From assembly GCA_002633005.1 (NCBI GenBank), contig NMRA01000230.1, positions 1-64,000 of the forward strand: a stretch of 64,000 nucleotides of DNA, in the 5' to 3' direction. Each line of letters opens with the position of its first letter. Position 1 is the stretch's first letter. The notes below the pieces were generated by a model. That model searched no databases, was not told the origin of the DNA, and worked only from the letters and a program-made list of their open reading frames with translations. Positions 1 through 13,446 of this stretch are shown piece after piece. The DNA comes from Phoronis australis. Lineage: Eukaryota; Animalia; Phoronida. The translations under genes and the position numbers were made by a program.

Positions 1-104
1 ACAAAAATTACGAGAAAATGAGACAGCACAATTCACAGCGGTGCCACCGTTTTTTTAGTCCACCGGTTCTTGTTACCAAAAGGTCCACAACCGTCAGGAA
101 TCGA

Positions 105-1355
105 GAATGACAAGACTTAACTGTCCGTGACAATTCGTCGCATGTATATCGCCCATTGGTCCTATCATTGTTTCCTTTGTTGTGTCATTGTTGGATATAA
201 CAACACAGGTCGCATGGATATAGAACCTTGCTCACATCAGACCGTTGCCGGTAAATGCTCGTCATTGTCTTTATTATGACTACGGGAACAATGAAGATGC
301 TAATATATTGTTCTCCATGCGACCAGGTTTCCCGTGGATGACCACAGACGAGGAATCCCAAAGTATCCACAAACAATGACCACGCAACTCAGTAACTATT
401 ACCGCGCACGCGAATTCTTTCCGTGGAACCTAAACACCAAATTTTTATATCCGTGTATGGTGTTATATTGCTCATGATACGGGTCCAATCCCCAACCCTG
501 TACGTAGTTTAAGTAAAATTTCTAGACGATGCACTTTTTTGGATTTATTCTCCTTTAATGAAGAGTAAAAATGAAATTCTGCACTAGTTTTTTAAAAGTA
601 ATCACTAATTGGAAGATCACACATCTAAAAAATAAAACATTGTTTGACAATTTTATTCCTTATCTTATTTGAAAGTTGCCTACCTCACCGACAACTCATC
701 TAAGTTGAAAATATTCCTTGTGGAAAAATGTAAAACACCAACCAGAGACTTGTGTACTACAACAATATGTTTTCATAATACAATACAAAGATAACTGTAC
801 AGTAAAAAGTGCAAATGTTATGACTCTAATAAAAATTGCCTGCTAGATCTTTTCAACACTCCAATTGCTACAGGACAGAGTCAACCACACACAACCCATA
901 AAGTCAGAGAATCCCATTTGAGGTGGTGTAGTCTCACTGCGAAAACGTGATTTCGCAATATCGCTGATCTCTTCTTCAAAAACTTGAGGTAGCTGTATTT
1001 ACCACATCAATGTTCTTATCAAAATTAACCACCACAAAATGAAAAATTGGCTTGTCAGTTCTAATTAGGCAGCATTTTACAATGAAATGGTCATGGAAAA
1101 ATACTTTTGCAACATGGTTTGCATTACAATTGCCTACGATTACAATTGTACATACATACTAGAGCAGTAACAAAATTACCCATGGAAACAATAAAATGGT
1201 CAATTCGTCAAAAACCGAGGAGCCACCAGAGCTAAAGTGCCAATACTTTTCAGAACTGCAACAAAAATCATTTGAAGTGGACATAAACTCGTCTAAAATC
1301 ACATAAAAAATCTTTTGATTTAGACATTCCAGGTCACTTTTGAGCAATTTCAGAA
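105..1355. repeat. ~1.25-kb repeat, inverted partner of 25583-26902
   Basis: Reverse-complement match throughout, e.g. CATTGTTGGATATAACAACACAGGTCGCATGGATATAGAACCTTG (~186) vs CAAGGTTCTATATCCATGCGACCTGTGTTGTTATATCCAACAATG (~26769); scattered substitutions and small indels. Confidence 0.92.
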
Positions 1356-1550
1356 GCTTAGCGTGATAAAATGTGTAGTAAGCTAGACTAGTTGCTAAGA
1401 CTTAATTCATATATATTCACTTTATTTCTATTTTGTTTAAATGTTCAATTGGTTTTGAGTAAAAACATAATTTTGACAAAAATAACTCGGCTTTTCTTAA
1501 AAGGCCACACCTATGACAACGGACTTCTGACATAGAAAGTAGTTACAAAG

Positions 1551-1744
1551 CATGCGCGCACCCAGCCTTCAAAATTGGGGGGGGGGGGCTCGATTTTCTG
1601 TCTATGTAGGCCTTTTACTGACAAAAAATCGGAGGACGTCTCGGTTTCTCGGACTATTTGTTTCTATGGGGTGGACCTTTTTGCCCACTTCGCCAAGTGG
1701 GGGGCTCGAACGAGCCCCCCACCCCCCTCCTGGGTGCGCGGATG
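1551..1744. mobile_element. MITE (hAT-like termini) with 5-bp TSD CAAAG
   Basis: TIRs CATGCGCGCACCCAG / CTGGGTGCGCGGATG; CAAAG at 1546-1550 and 1745-1749; G-run/C-run subterminal tracts. Confidence 0.85.
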
Positions 1745-2142
1745 CAAAGCCGAGGCTTTTATAAGCTACTTTCTATGTAAGAAGCCTGAGGTATGAGGTC
1801 GTGACCTTTCAAAAAACCCCGTGACCATGGACATAACAGTATTAGACAGCGTCCAGCTGCAAAACACCTTTTTGGTACCAGAAATGTATGTATTATTCAT
1901 AAAAAATATTGTTTTTGCTTCTTATATACCACGGAAAGTAATTAATTGCGACGCAAATTGCACCGCTCATAATTCGTAGCCCCTTCGAGCGCCCCAGAAA
2001 AAATCTCAACCAATCAGCGTAAAATGGTTCATATGACATCATCGTCGCCACGAAATTACTGGGGAGCCACACTGCTTGACAGCTGATTGCCATTTCTTGG
2101 ACGTTCTGTACTTGTAGATCTCTGGGCTAAAACGCTATTTAC

Positions 2143-2337
2143 GTGGTGTGCGGATGTAGCAATGTCAGCGGCAATGGGATACATTTGCATAACTTCCCTA
2201 CCGATCCCGTCGTGTGCCGTGCGTGGAATAGATTCGTATCCACGACAAGGACTGGCCGGCGACAAACTTTCCCGATCGGCAAGATCCGCTTTGGGCTTGG
2301 TGCAAAGCTGTATACAAAATCTACAACTTCGCGTTGA
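2143..2337 (+). pseudogene. Truncated THAP zinc-finger remnant from a DNA transposon
   Basis: VCGCSN..GIHLHNFPTDPVVCRAWNRFVSTTR matches the THAP N-half pattern (C-x-x-GCSN, H-x-FP, W); the CSxHF half is missing. Confidence 0.7.
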
Positions 2338-4467
2338 TGTGCGTAAAATGACTAAATAAAATCTGACTCAAAAATAGTATCACTAAAGCTGCACCGCTCT
2401 TTGAGTAAACCAAATTATTTACCGATGTTGGAAGAATTATCGTTCTACCGCTCATCTACAGCTAAAATTGAAGTGCGCTCTTGGGAGTCGGCGTTTGGCG
2501 ATTACGTCACCTGACCTGAACAGTTTCTTTTGCCCCCATTTATTCTTCTACCAACTGGTCTTTGCTGCCACGAGGTTGCGTACTGTCACAAAAAACTGTC
2601 GGAACTGGTCACATTTCGTTACAAGTTATTAGCATTTTTAAGATCAGCAAAATTAACCGAATTTAGAACAAACTTTACTGCTGCGAAGCTGTTATCATGT
2701 CCCAAAAGTAGTCGCAAAATTTTAGTCACGAGCGTACTCAAAACAACAACAGACTTTCTTTGTAACAAAAAGGCGGAGGGTAATGCTAAAAATGACGTTT
2801 ATTAAATTGTTCTTCCCTTGAACGACTGTCACTGAACGGGCAAGGTGAATGTCCGAATTGTCTCCCAGAGTTTTCATGCACCCCGGCCGTCGGTCGTTGG
2901 CTTTGCGATATAAGTTTCACGACGAGTTGACTGACACAACTCATACCCGGTCTGTACGAAATTTCGTGATAGACCACAGTCTGTAGTGTATGGTTTAACA
3001 GAGCTCAGGTCAAAGTGTTACCTAGCTGTAATTTGGCTATAGTCTCCAAACTGCTAGCTGGTTGACTCCAAAAATCAGCAGTGTGCACTTCGACGTTTCG
3101 TGTCACTGTTCCGGCCCAGAGTATAGGGAATCCGGCCCAAATCCGAAATATTCTGTCTGATTTGGGTCCTTCCCGTTGGCCAAACGGAATTCTGAAACTG
3201 AATTTAAAACGATCAATTGTTTACAAATTCTTACGGTTGGGACACGCACAATGTTGTGTTGCTATTAAATTTTCAATTTTTTGAGCTTGACCGAGTCAAA
3301 ATGGCGGCGATTACGGGTTGCAGCATTTCAAGGCGACTTATTTAGAAAATTGAGTTTCAAATATAAAATATAATTGCATTGTACAAAAAGATCAAGCTGA
3401 TATGTGCCGCAACGTTTCCAAGTATTTTGCACCAAATTAAACGGCCTATTGTCGTCTGTACCAATACGGGACACACACTCGACACCGTTCACACCTTCGG
3501 CTTCAAAACGACATGAATGGAAAGTTCTTAACATCAGATCGAGTTTTTGTATCAAACAAATTGCACTTTATAATAAACATTGTGAAATTGCTCATGACAG
3601 CGACATCACGTTGCTCCCAACTTGTTCGATTGTATAGCCCAACAACAAGTTGGGAACTTTACCGCCCGTAGCCCAATTAACTCCATTGTGGCGTTGATGG
3701 TTGGAGGGCCTGCGCTCTTTTGTTTGATAATTGCTCTAATCTCCGATCAGATCGTATCTAGCCTGACTGAGGTGGGCTGATAAAAATGAAAGTTAAGTTA
3801 AGCCAGACATTATCGCACGTTCAGCACCCCTCACGTCTGGAAAAGTTACTGAACGACAGGACGCTGTTATGTGATAACAATTCAGACGAAGCGTTTTGTT
3901 TTTCCGGCTGTTTCGACGGCCCCAGTCACACTCCCGGGGATTCCCATACGGGCCCGTATTAGGATGTGTGCTAAATAATTGAATAAAAATTCTAAAGGTA
4001 GTGGTTTTGATTAATTTTAAGATTAACTGACGTGAAATGAAAAATTGACGTGTTTCCTTGATTTTCTACGTATTTTGCACTAAATTTAATGGCCAGTCAT
4101 CTCTGATTCCAATACTCTGGAGACACGGTGAAAGCCAAATTCGTGATAACGATGATGTCATAGACTTCGATTAGTGCAAGCGCCGTCTCAAGCTTTTTTG
4201 GCGCTAAATGGGGTTTGTGATGGGGCTACTGTATTGTCGAAAGCCTACTTAATTAACGACTGGGGTATGCTATGACACAGTATTTTGATGTTTTTCATCA
4301 ATTAATGTATTTTAGATGTAAAAATAGTCATTTTGGCACCATACTTGGCCTTTCAGATGTCTATGGCCGTGACAGTGTAAATAGACAAGAGGTCATTCTA
4401 AATAGACCAAGAGATTTTAATAATAGTTGTAACACCACCACCTCAGAGCGGTTTTAGAAAGTTTTCC

Positions 4468-5165
4468 TTGTTATGTTCGGAACCATGACACAAACATGTC
4501 ACCGTACCATCCTAAGTGCCACTCATACAAAGCCGCTTCCGAACTACAGCTTTCCTGAAGAAAAGCTGTTTCGACATTTTCTAAGGAATATAAAACATGA
4601 CATCTCTCTGTTTCATTGTACAATGCCCTGCAATTGAAAGTAATTTTGAAACCCTTATCCATTGGATGAGAGTAGTTGATCTAAATCTAATAAGTAAGAA
4701 AAGCTCGTGAGTGTAACACGAGATTAAAACGCTCAAGTACGAAAACCTCGTGAGTGCGACACGAGATTAAAACGCTCAAGTACGAAAACCTCGTGAGTGC
4801 GACACGAGATTAATCAGACGTTTAGTGATGATGCACAATGTGTCTGCAACGAATGGGATGCTACCTAATAAGGCTATGAATGCAAAGTCATATCACGTTT
4901 CAGTTGTTTTACAGGAATTGAAAATTTTCTGGTTCAGGTAACAACAGGGGCAATTTACCACTGGGATTTTTTTTACAAAATTTTGTGTTTGACTTACTGT
5001 AACTGGACATGTGGTCTGACAGCGTTTACACCTATTGTAGGCCTAAGCACCCGCGAAGTTCAGTGCCCGGTTGCATGAAACAGCCCCAGATAGGGACTCA
5101 ACTAAGTTCTTTTATTCTACTGCGTATTTCTGGGCTTGTGAAAACATTGCTTGTCCTTTCTTGTG
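4468..5165 (+). repeat. Duplicated segment, paralog of 45870-46635
   Basis: Direct match, e.g. CTTCCGAACT(A/T)CAGCTTTCCTG, CAGGGGCAATTTACCACTGG and CTACTGCGTATTTCTGGGCTTGTGAAAACA in both copies. Confidence 0.85.
4706..4813. repeat. 43-bp tandem repeat, ~2.5 copies, each with a CTCGTG..CACGAG hairpin
   Basis: Unit CGTGAGTGCGACACGAGATTAAAACGCTCAAGTACGAAAACCT; only ~1.5 degenerate units in the paralog at ~46091-46155. Confidence 0.9.
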
Positions 5166-6129
5166 CTGTTTGAGTCTCATTACTAAGTCAACTTTTTACT
5201 TTGATACAAGTCGAGAGTGAACTCTACGTTGAATTATCCTTACTATTGAAAGCAATTAGGGATCTTTTCAGGCACAGCTTACAATTACAGGATTAAGTGA
5301 AAATGTAAATAAGTTTGATTACTCTTTGGTCGAACTATGATGTGATTTCAACATTCATATTGTCAAGGGCAGAAGTCTGCAGGACCAATGGGAGCAAAAT
5401 GGTAGATTATCTCCTCTTACATCACTACGTAAATCTGGCCTAAAAGTATTATTTTCATGCAAACGACTAAAAAAAGAACTGTCGAGGCAAGAGCGCATTC
5501 AGCGTCCACGTCAGCAACGTCGTTGACACTGTAGCCGATCGTTCGGCAATTATAACTCCGGCGACAATAACGACGACGCTGAAGCCGACGACACAAATGC
5601 CGAAGACGGCGCCGGGGCAAACCTCAAGTCTCCCCACCTACCTGAAAAATTGGAGTGACACTTGTTCACTTGATGGTTCTCGGATTTTAAAACTATGTCC
5701 TAAACAATTTCTAAGAATATCTGCACCGTTTTTAACCTAGCACGGTCTTTTCATTTTTTAACATATGCGGCGGGACGGGCGTTCTTGCGCGCTTTTCCGC
5801 CCCCAGTTGACACCATCAATAACACAACTCAAATAAATGGCATTGTGCATAAGATGCTTGCAATAACATATCACCATATCGGAGGATCGATTTGTAAAGA
5901 CGATTCTTTGATTGTCTTCGTAGGTTTAGTAACTCTAAGCTAATTATGAAAGTTAGTGTCTCTACTAAATGTCGGCGAAATTAGTAGTAGAAAACTCAGC
6001 ACAATCGTTGTCAGCATTTTTTATTTACATATAAACATGTCCAATGATTCGATGAAAATCATTTCACCATTCTCAAGAAAAGTATCCAACCACTTTATCT
6101 ACTTTCTCTCGACTACCTAACATACATAT

Positions 6130-6500
6130 AATTCATTCAGGAACCCAGGCTTAAGAACGTCGGCTGTGTGATTGGAGCAGTGTGTGTTACCAGCCTTCAA
6201 ACGGGGATAAAATAATCGACAACGGAACTTGACGTTAATAAAACTAAAATAGGGAGAATTGGTATTGAAATTTTTTACATGTGGCGAATAAATGTTGACA
6301 AAAATTGTTTAGCCGGACTCGGACCTGCAGCTGACGGACCCGGTGCGGACCGAGACCAGGACTAGCGAAAGGTGAAGGCATGCCTTCGCCGGCCGTTTTA
6401 TCGGAATAAATGGTTCAAATCATGAATGCCGTACATATATACAATCAAAGATAAGATAGTTTCAGACGCTTGCACATAATGACGGGCTAGTCAAGTCCTG
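6130..6500 (+). repeat. Interspersed repeat fragment, also at 42613-42985
   Basis: Shared ATTCATTCAGGAACCCAGGCT, CAAACGGGGATAAAATAAT, CCGGACTCGG and GTTTCAGAC blocks. Confidence 0.75.
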
Positions 6501-8248
6501 TGCCAACGACTGACTGAATAACTGGGCCGACTATGGCGACTAGGCGTGTTTTACTGTGTGTAATTACTGGTAAACAAACAGTATGAACATGACAACGAAC
6601 ATGTAATATCAAAAACTAGTTGAATAAAATTGCTGTTCAGTTAAAATATCCTGACGATTAAACTTGCGGAAATATCGAAAATAATAAACTTTGACGGAAA
6701 CTAAGAGACCAGTGATCTCCCGCGATTTCCGTTAGGGCTGGTCGGCTGACGGCCGACAATGAACGACAAAATACTATTTTGTGGCGAAATAACTTCAAAA
6801 AGGAAACTTGCCACGGTGCCAAATGGTATAATTTAAGTATCAATGAGTTTAAAGTAAAAGAAATAGTTTCCACTCAGCCAGAAGCATACGCCGTATAAGC
6901 TCCTGTGGATCCGGCATATGTGTTCCGCGGCGCAAGATGAACATATTAATTAACAGCCCGGGCTTTGAATGGATGAAATTCGTGTGACAAAGAGATTTAA
7001 AAATTCTACGTCGTGCTTCTAACACTGCAATATATTCCCATCGTCGACAGTCAGCTCTTTGACTATAATTCACTACACCCCTCGTTTGCGTTTTCGGAAT
7101 TTTTATATTTAAACAACAAGGGCATTTATTGAAAGTTTTTGTCACATTTTAAAATATTTTCCCTAATAATTGAAAGACAAAGCCAATTTAGCAAGTGATT
7201 GTTTTCCCGGCGAGGAATGACGGCAACTGCAGGAAAATTACTTCGCCGGTTACTGTGTATGGGGAGCAAAATCAACCACAGGTGCGCGTTATTGCAATTG
7301 GGATGTGGAGCGCACTGTTGTGAGATAAAACTTTTTTTGTTGAAACACCGCCGTGTGAAGATTATTTTTCTATTTTACATTTTAAACGGCCAGTAAACCT
7401 GGTGCCGATTTCTTGACAAATACGCACTGCGCTCAAACGTCCGCCGGGTAATCACACGGCATTTGCTCATTCCAGGCTGGTACTTTGCATCCTTTTCACG
7501 ATATGGCGATAAAGATAAGACATTTGCTTATCTATAAAGTTTTTCCATCTAATCTATTTACGCTCACGGTGATAGCAATATATATTCAAGGACAACATGA
7601 CCGTCATTCAGGAATCGTTCCTGATACACAGGAACTCAAGTCACGGAAATAGTCGATGATTTTCTGATCACGGCCGAGGTACAAGTTTGTGCAGAAAGGA
7701 AGTGAGCATTATGCCATGTTACATATAAGGACTTTAAACAGCTTCTGACAATGCAGTGGGTACCCATCCAGTAGACCGTTGTGTATCCGATTCATCGCCT
7801 AAGCATCCGGACTTCAGCCTCGTTGCCAATCGGTCAGACGAAAATAGTGATCTGTGCTGTACGTCATTTGTGTAAGAGAAGTGTACAACTAAAAACGATT
7901 CAGTTTTTGTAGAAGGTATATAGAGCGCGAGTTTAGGTCCGAGTGACATCATTTTTTCATAAGTTGGCGTAGTTACTAGCGATGTGTGAGAGGATCTCTA
8001 TTTTTATGAGTTTAATTTCATTGTGATACCAAGTTACAATCTTACGCTCTGACACAGCGCCAGCTACATTAAAAAGTTTCGTAGCACTCTGAATGAGTGT
8101 AGTTACAATCCCTGCTATCTGGACAAGTTTCGTGAAAAGTGACTGTGGACTTTTGACTGGCAGTAAGACCAACAATTCGTCTACGTCAAGACCCGTCTTA
8201 ACATAGACTGAAATCGGGCTGACTGAAGAGTAAAATGGCTTAGACCTG

Positions 8249-10644
8249 CAGTGGCGGATCTACGTTTTCAGCAAGGGGGGGTTTAGGATTCCCGCCAAGG
8301 TCGAATCCTAGGCGCGTGGCGCCAAGCGGGAGGAGGTCGGGAGGGGAAACCCCCTCCCGTGTAAGAATTTTTTTTGTTTTTGTAGCCAAATAGTGAAATT
8401 TCCATGCATCCTGGTAAGTTTCTGGCACTTAACATGTCTCTAGAGTTTTCTTAAGATAATTAAAATCCCTTCTCGATTTCGTCACATGAACTTGGCACAT
8501 AAGTTTCGTGAAACCATATTGTGCACATCTGGGTATGAGTCACGCCACCAGCAGAAATTTTTGTTGGAACATCTGCTTACACACACCTTTTTTAGCATAC
8601 GAAAAGTCGTATACGAAAAAGTGTGGTGTGTATACAGGGGTTTAGACAATTTACAAATATTGAAGAGCATAATTAAGGAGCACCGACGGGGCGTAAAAAC
8701 TTGAATATCAAATGATCGCGTAACAGCAGCCTCAAGTTGTTTAAGAACGAAGACCTGTAATGTTAGTCCGGAAATAAACATGTGTTCTGTCTCGTTGCGA
8801 GAAAAAATGGCGAACGATGGTGCTCTCAACTCATAGTCTATTATTAAAAGCGACAATGAATAATTAGGTATCACTTTATTAAGCTGAATCACGTTGACAA
8901 CAATTGAAAAACGTCAAAGCTATCAGGAAACAAATTATCTGAAAACAGTTTCACGAAACCAAAACATCCTGTGCACAGTGGTGAAAAGATACACTGGACT
9001 AGTTTGCAGAGGGACTAGATGTACACTGAGAGTACACAAAAATCTGACCTGGTCCGTCACGAGACCAAGAGTACACCTGTGCTTATTATCCCTATAAAAA
9101 TAGTCGATCTGTCGCGGGACCAAACAGTACTGGCTGAGATAAATAGTTTTACAAAGCAAACTTTGGTAAAAAAATCACAAGACTAGTCGCCGAGGGACCA
9201 GAAGTACACTGAAACTCAACATCTACACAAATCAAGCTGGCCTAGTCCGTCGCGAGACCTAAAGTGTACTATGCAAAAAATTTTGAATTGAAAACTTCTT
9301 CTAAAATTTTAATCCCCAGTGGTTACTCGTACGTTAGTCCTATCCTTCTGTTGTCTAGACTGCCGAGGAATCTGTATATCAGTCGGATCCAATGGTTTGC
9401 TCGTCTTGGAACCATTCTACCCAGATATCTTCGATGTTTGTTCCCAACGCTTGCACTTCGTCAACTGCTGTGTCAATGAGCTTGTAAGCCTCTACAATGT
9501 CAGCATCTCGTTTCGCAGCTCAGTTGACACTAAGACCCTTGAGGTTGCCAAGTCCATTCAAAAGACTTACATGCGCAACTTAATTTGATCCATTCATCAT
9601 GGACTACTTCAAACCTTGACGAAGCATCCCAGGACCTATTTGTATCTCTTGTAATTTTCGAAATAAACGTCCCAATGTCTGAACGCTTGAAACCCGAAGT
9701 ACTAATGTCAAATAAATGCCCATGGGCATGAGCGTTTGATCGGGTGAGCCTTTCTGCGGAAATTCCCAGCATAGAAGACGGCAGTGTGCTTATTGCAGGT
9801 AGACAGACGGTAGGTGTTGAGGTCGGAACTAGGGCTCTTTAGGAGGCCTATTGAACATCGCACGAGTCCCGCAAGACTTTGTCGTGAAAGAACAGCCTCC
9901 CCGCAATTTCTGGTACTGTACACTTTTCGCGAATGAGGTCACTTTCTCAATGTGAGTGCCCCCTTGGTCATTCCTTGTATAGACATAACTTGTTATAGAG
10001 TGTGTCTTCAAACGGACTTGCGACCAGACCACGGCGCCCGCCACAATAGCATTTCTTCGGAAAAAGAATTTTTTTTCAAAAAAAAATATTACATGTACAT
10101 GTACACAATATTACATGTACATGTACACTCTATGATATGATTGCGCAAGAAAACTTTACTATACATCAGTTACAAACGTGTGGAGTGCAATAGAATGACA
10201 CGGCATGACAGATGAGGTAAAAACGTTGCACGTCAATTCGCCTGAATATCAGGGTTGCGGCACCGCAGTATTTCCCCTAATCAAATCAAAATATATCTTA
10301 GAGTAAAGAAGCTAGTTACCTAAAGAAATCAGCTATAGAACTGCTCTTTCAGCGGTGAATCCATCTAAAATGCTTGACTACTTCAGAAGTGTCGACGGAA
10401 GCGCGCGCACGATAAATCCCCGCGCGTTTTGCCGATGAGCCACAAAGACTCAGCAATTCACAACGCAAAAAACTATATTTTCAGAGTGAACCCCCCCTCA
10501 ATTTTTTTCCAAGTTGGTTTACGTGGGGTTTACACACGCTGGCGGTGCCGTTTTTGTTTTGCTGGAGACGCTTTTTTAATTTTTGGGTCCTGGCCCGAGG
10601 GGGGGGGGTTTAAACCCCCTGAACCCCCCGTAGATCCGCCACTG
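8249..10644 (-). mobile_element. Non-autonomous hAT-family transposon, 2396 bp, 5-bp TSD ACCTG
   Basis: Perfect 16-bp TIRs CAGTGGCGGATCTACG / CGTAGATCCGCCACTG; ACCTG at 8244-8248 and 10645-10649; contains a hAT transposase fragment. Confidence 0.92.
9325..9580 (-). pseudogene. hAT (Tip100/P52rIPK-like) transposase fragment
   Basis: Minus strand reads LLNGLGNLKGLSVN*AAKRDADIVEAYKLIDTAVDEVQALGTNIEDIWVEWFQ..(frameshift)..IPRQSRQQKDRTNV, typical of the hAT LS..LQ..DI..A / PR...Q..R.N region; stop codon and frameshift present. Confidence 0.8.
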
Positions 10645-11575
10645 ACCTGTTTCATGAAATTTCTCAAGACCAAAATTAAGACTGAAGTCGGTCTAAGGTA
10701 ATACCGGAAGTTACCTGCTATTGCACTTAATGTCTAAATGACCAAACGTTAGGACTGTTATCACCGTAGAGTTTAGAGGAACAGATTTTGCTGATATTTT
10801 ACACAATTTAATGTCCCTAAATTATTTCAAATTGAAAATCGTCTATTTTCGATTCGAGAACTTGCAAAGGCTGTGTACACCCATGTTGACAGTGCAGGAC
10901 GAGTTACCAGCACATTTGAAATGATACTGTATTTTCCAGACATACGTGTACCAGAGACCGTATCTATTTGTCTTTGGCCATACCAGGGTCGTCTAAAGCA
11001 AACGAGATCCCAACTGTACTCAAAGTGTAAATAGATTCCCATTGAGAACTGCTTCAAGACCAACATTATACTTGAAACCGTATTTCAAAAACTGCCTCTC
11101 TTATTTTTGTGAATTTGCAACAGGTGGCGAAAGCGTAGTTTGCATGTTCACCTACACTGAAGACCAATATCCCATTTTATGTTCATGAAACAGCCTTTTT
11201 TAATTGTTGTCTTCGTTTTGAATTTAGCCCGAATCTTGGTCTTAACTTTGACAAATTTTTGGTCTTAAGCCTAAAGTCAATTTTCATGAAAAGAGCCCCA
11301 AAAATTAAGTTATGACCGAAGACTAACTTTCAGAAAACCCGTTTCATCAACGGTAATTCCGTTTTTTGTTTTCGGTCGTAACTTGGACAAAAGTCGGATT
11401 TTGACAAACTTGAGCCTACAAACTACGGTTTTGCCACCTCTTGCGAATTCACTAAGCTAAGCGTACCGGTGTAGTGGGAGACGGTTTCAAAGACAATGTT
11501 GGTCCAGAAACTCAAAATGAGGATATGTTTACTGCAACGATTGTGATTTTCGTTTGCGTGAGAACGTCTTGGAAT

Positions 11576-12367
11576 GGGATTTTTCTAAAACTCCCTTGAC
11601 CTCCTCGACCTCCATACTCAACTACTCCCTCGACCCACGACCCCCTCGACCCACGACCCCCTCGACCNNCCCCCTCGACCCATGGCCCACAACCCCCTCG
11701 ACCTTGTCTACACAACCTCGACTCGATCTGAATATAGAACAAACGAGTTCGGCAGGCCGTGCGCTCAGCTGGCCTTTCCCTGTTTTTTTTTTGCAATTAA
11801 GAGAATCGATTCGGCAAGTTTGAAAGCCAAAAACAGAAAACAACAACGCGACCAAATCAAACTGAAGACCTACCAACGTTACAAATGTCGTTCCTGGCAG
11901 AGCGCCATCGACTGTCAGCGAGTCTGCTCATCAGTAAATGGCGGATCCAAGCTTTTTGGGGAGAGGGCCAGGAAATGACGAATATGTAAATTCATCGGTA
12001 AACATAGTTTAAAAGGCAAACTTGTACTAAAATATTATCTCAAAGCTACACTGAGTTTATTGTAAACGACTATACAGCAGAACAGAAATGAAAAATTATG
12101 ACCATTCACGCTAACGTTACGTACTATCTCCCTAAGTTTATTGTAAGGGGGCAATTGGTAGCCGCTCGTGGAACAATTTCCTTACAACGATAGTACGCTC
12201 ACAATTTGCTATTTCAGATCATGTTACAGTGACTTAATATGCGTAAAAAGCGCAGATAATTTTTTGCCACAAGTCGTGTGTCGAGGGTGTTGTGGATCGT
12301 GGTCGTGTGGGTTGTGGGTCGAGAGGGTCGTGGGGTTTGGGTGTCGAGGGGTTTTAGAACAATACGC
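11576..12367. mobile_element. ~790-bp TIR element with C-rich CCCTCGAC subterminal repeats
   Basis: Ends GGGATTTTTCTAAAAC / GTTTTAGAACAATAC(G/C)C; duplicated target core TGGAAT; empty site GGTCTTGGAATGGCTGG in copy C (~47505-47521). Confidence 0.82.
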
Positions 12368-13440
12368 TGAAATGGCTGGAAAATATCGTAATACTTGTAA
12401 AGGTAAGCCCCACTGCCTTGTCTCAACGAGTCACGTTACCGGTACTAACCATTCGAAAGCAAACGATCTTCAGTTTGATAGTGTTTATAGCGACATTAGA
12501 TTATGAAAATATCAACGAAATTTGTTCCTCAGCAGTTTAAGGTGCTGAGAGTGGTAAATGTTGGTCATTTAGACCAAAACACCAATCTTGAGTCTACTAC
12601 GTAGCCATGGTAACTATCGGTCTCAGCTTAGAGATCGATTTCGGTCTTAACTTTGGTTTTAAAAGAAATTTCATGAAACGTTGCTAAGAGATTTTGGTTT
12701 AAGGTTAATCTGATTTCGGTCTAAGTTACGGAAGAAAAGTTCCATGAAACGCGACACTGGTGACATGGACGTACGTGGATACACTTTTTATGGTGTGCCT
12801 TCGGGTGAGACCCCAGAGTAGACAAAACAATTACAAAGTCATTACCTTCCATCGTAGTTATATTTGCGGAATCATGTTCATGACACTATTAATAACACAA
12901 CCGAGTATCAGCGGCAGAGCAGACAAACATGATAATTTAAAGATTACAGTACATATTATTTCTGAAGTATGGGATTAATTTATGACCCGCTAGCCCTTAA
13001 AAGGATTCGTCAATATAAGTCACACAGGTAAGCTATTTCTATACATGTATAACGAGTTGTTCAAAAGCGAGATAACTCGTCTTCTTTTCAAGAGTTTGAA
13101 AGAAGTTTGAAACTTCTTAGAAAATGTGCAAATCTAGCAAGCGTGACTCCCGCTTAGGGAAAATTACATGCCAGTGACTACGGTGAAAGACCACACACCA
13201 AAAATGAATAAATAACTGCAGTATCCATTTTTGACACAAAGTGTATGACATCGAATAATATCACGAAAAGTGAAGTATGATCATATGATGAACAAGTTAG
13301 AGCTACGCCTACGGCGGCCTGATGATATTCTTTCTGAGCGCTAGATGGAAAAAGTCGTTGTAAACAACTGTTAATTAGCCAAAGACGTGTTCAGTATCTC
13401 GTTACAGTTACTCCGAAATTGCTTATTGATATAGATAAAC

Positions 13441-13446
13441 TTTATT
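13441..13446 (-). promoter_or_regulatory. Probable polyadenylation signal of lectin-like gene A
   Basis: AATAAA ~430 bp after the stop; conserved in copy B (39023) and copy C (~48565). Confidence 0.55.

Larger units (their letters stand above)
8190..12760. mobile_element. Large imperfect fold-back (PIF/Harbinger-like MITE, tentative) interrupted by two insertions
   Basis: Arm 8190-8248 plus 10645-10830 is inverted to ~12484-12745, and 11045-11150 is inverted to ~11411-11520; recurrent TTTCATGAAA palindromes; right end reads CCAGTGTCGCGTTTCATGGAA on the minus strand. Confidence 0.6.

Noticed and set aside
4706-4813. Palindromic direct repeats resembling a CRISPR array
   Set aside because: Units are contiguous with no unique spacers; eukaryotic context; no cas genes
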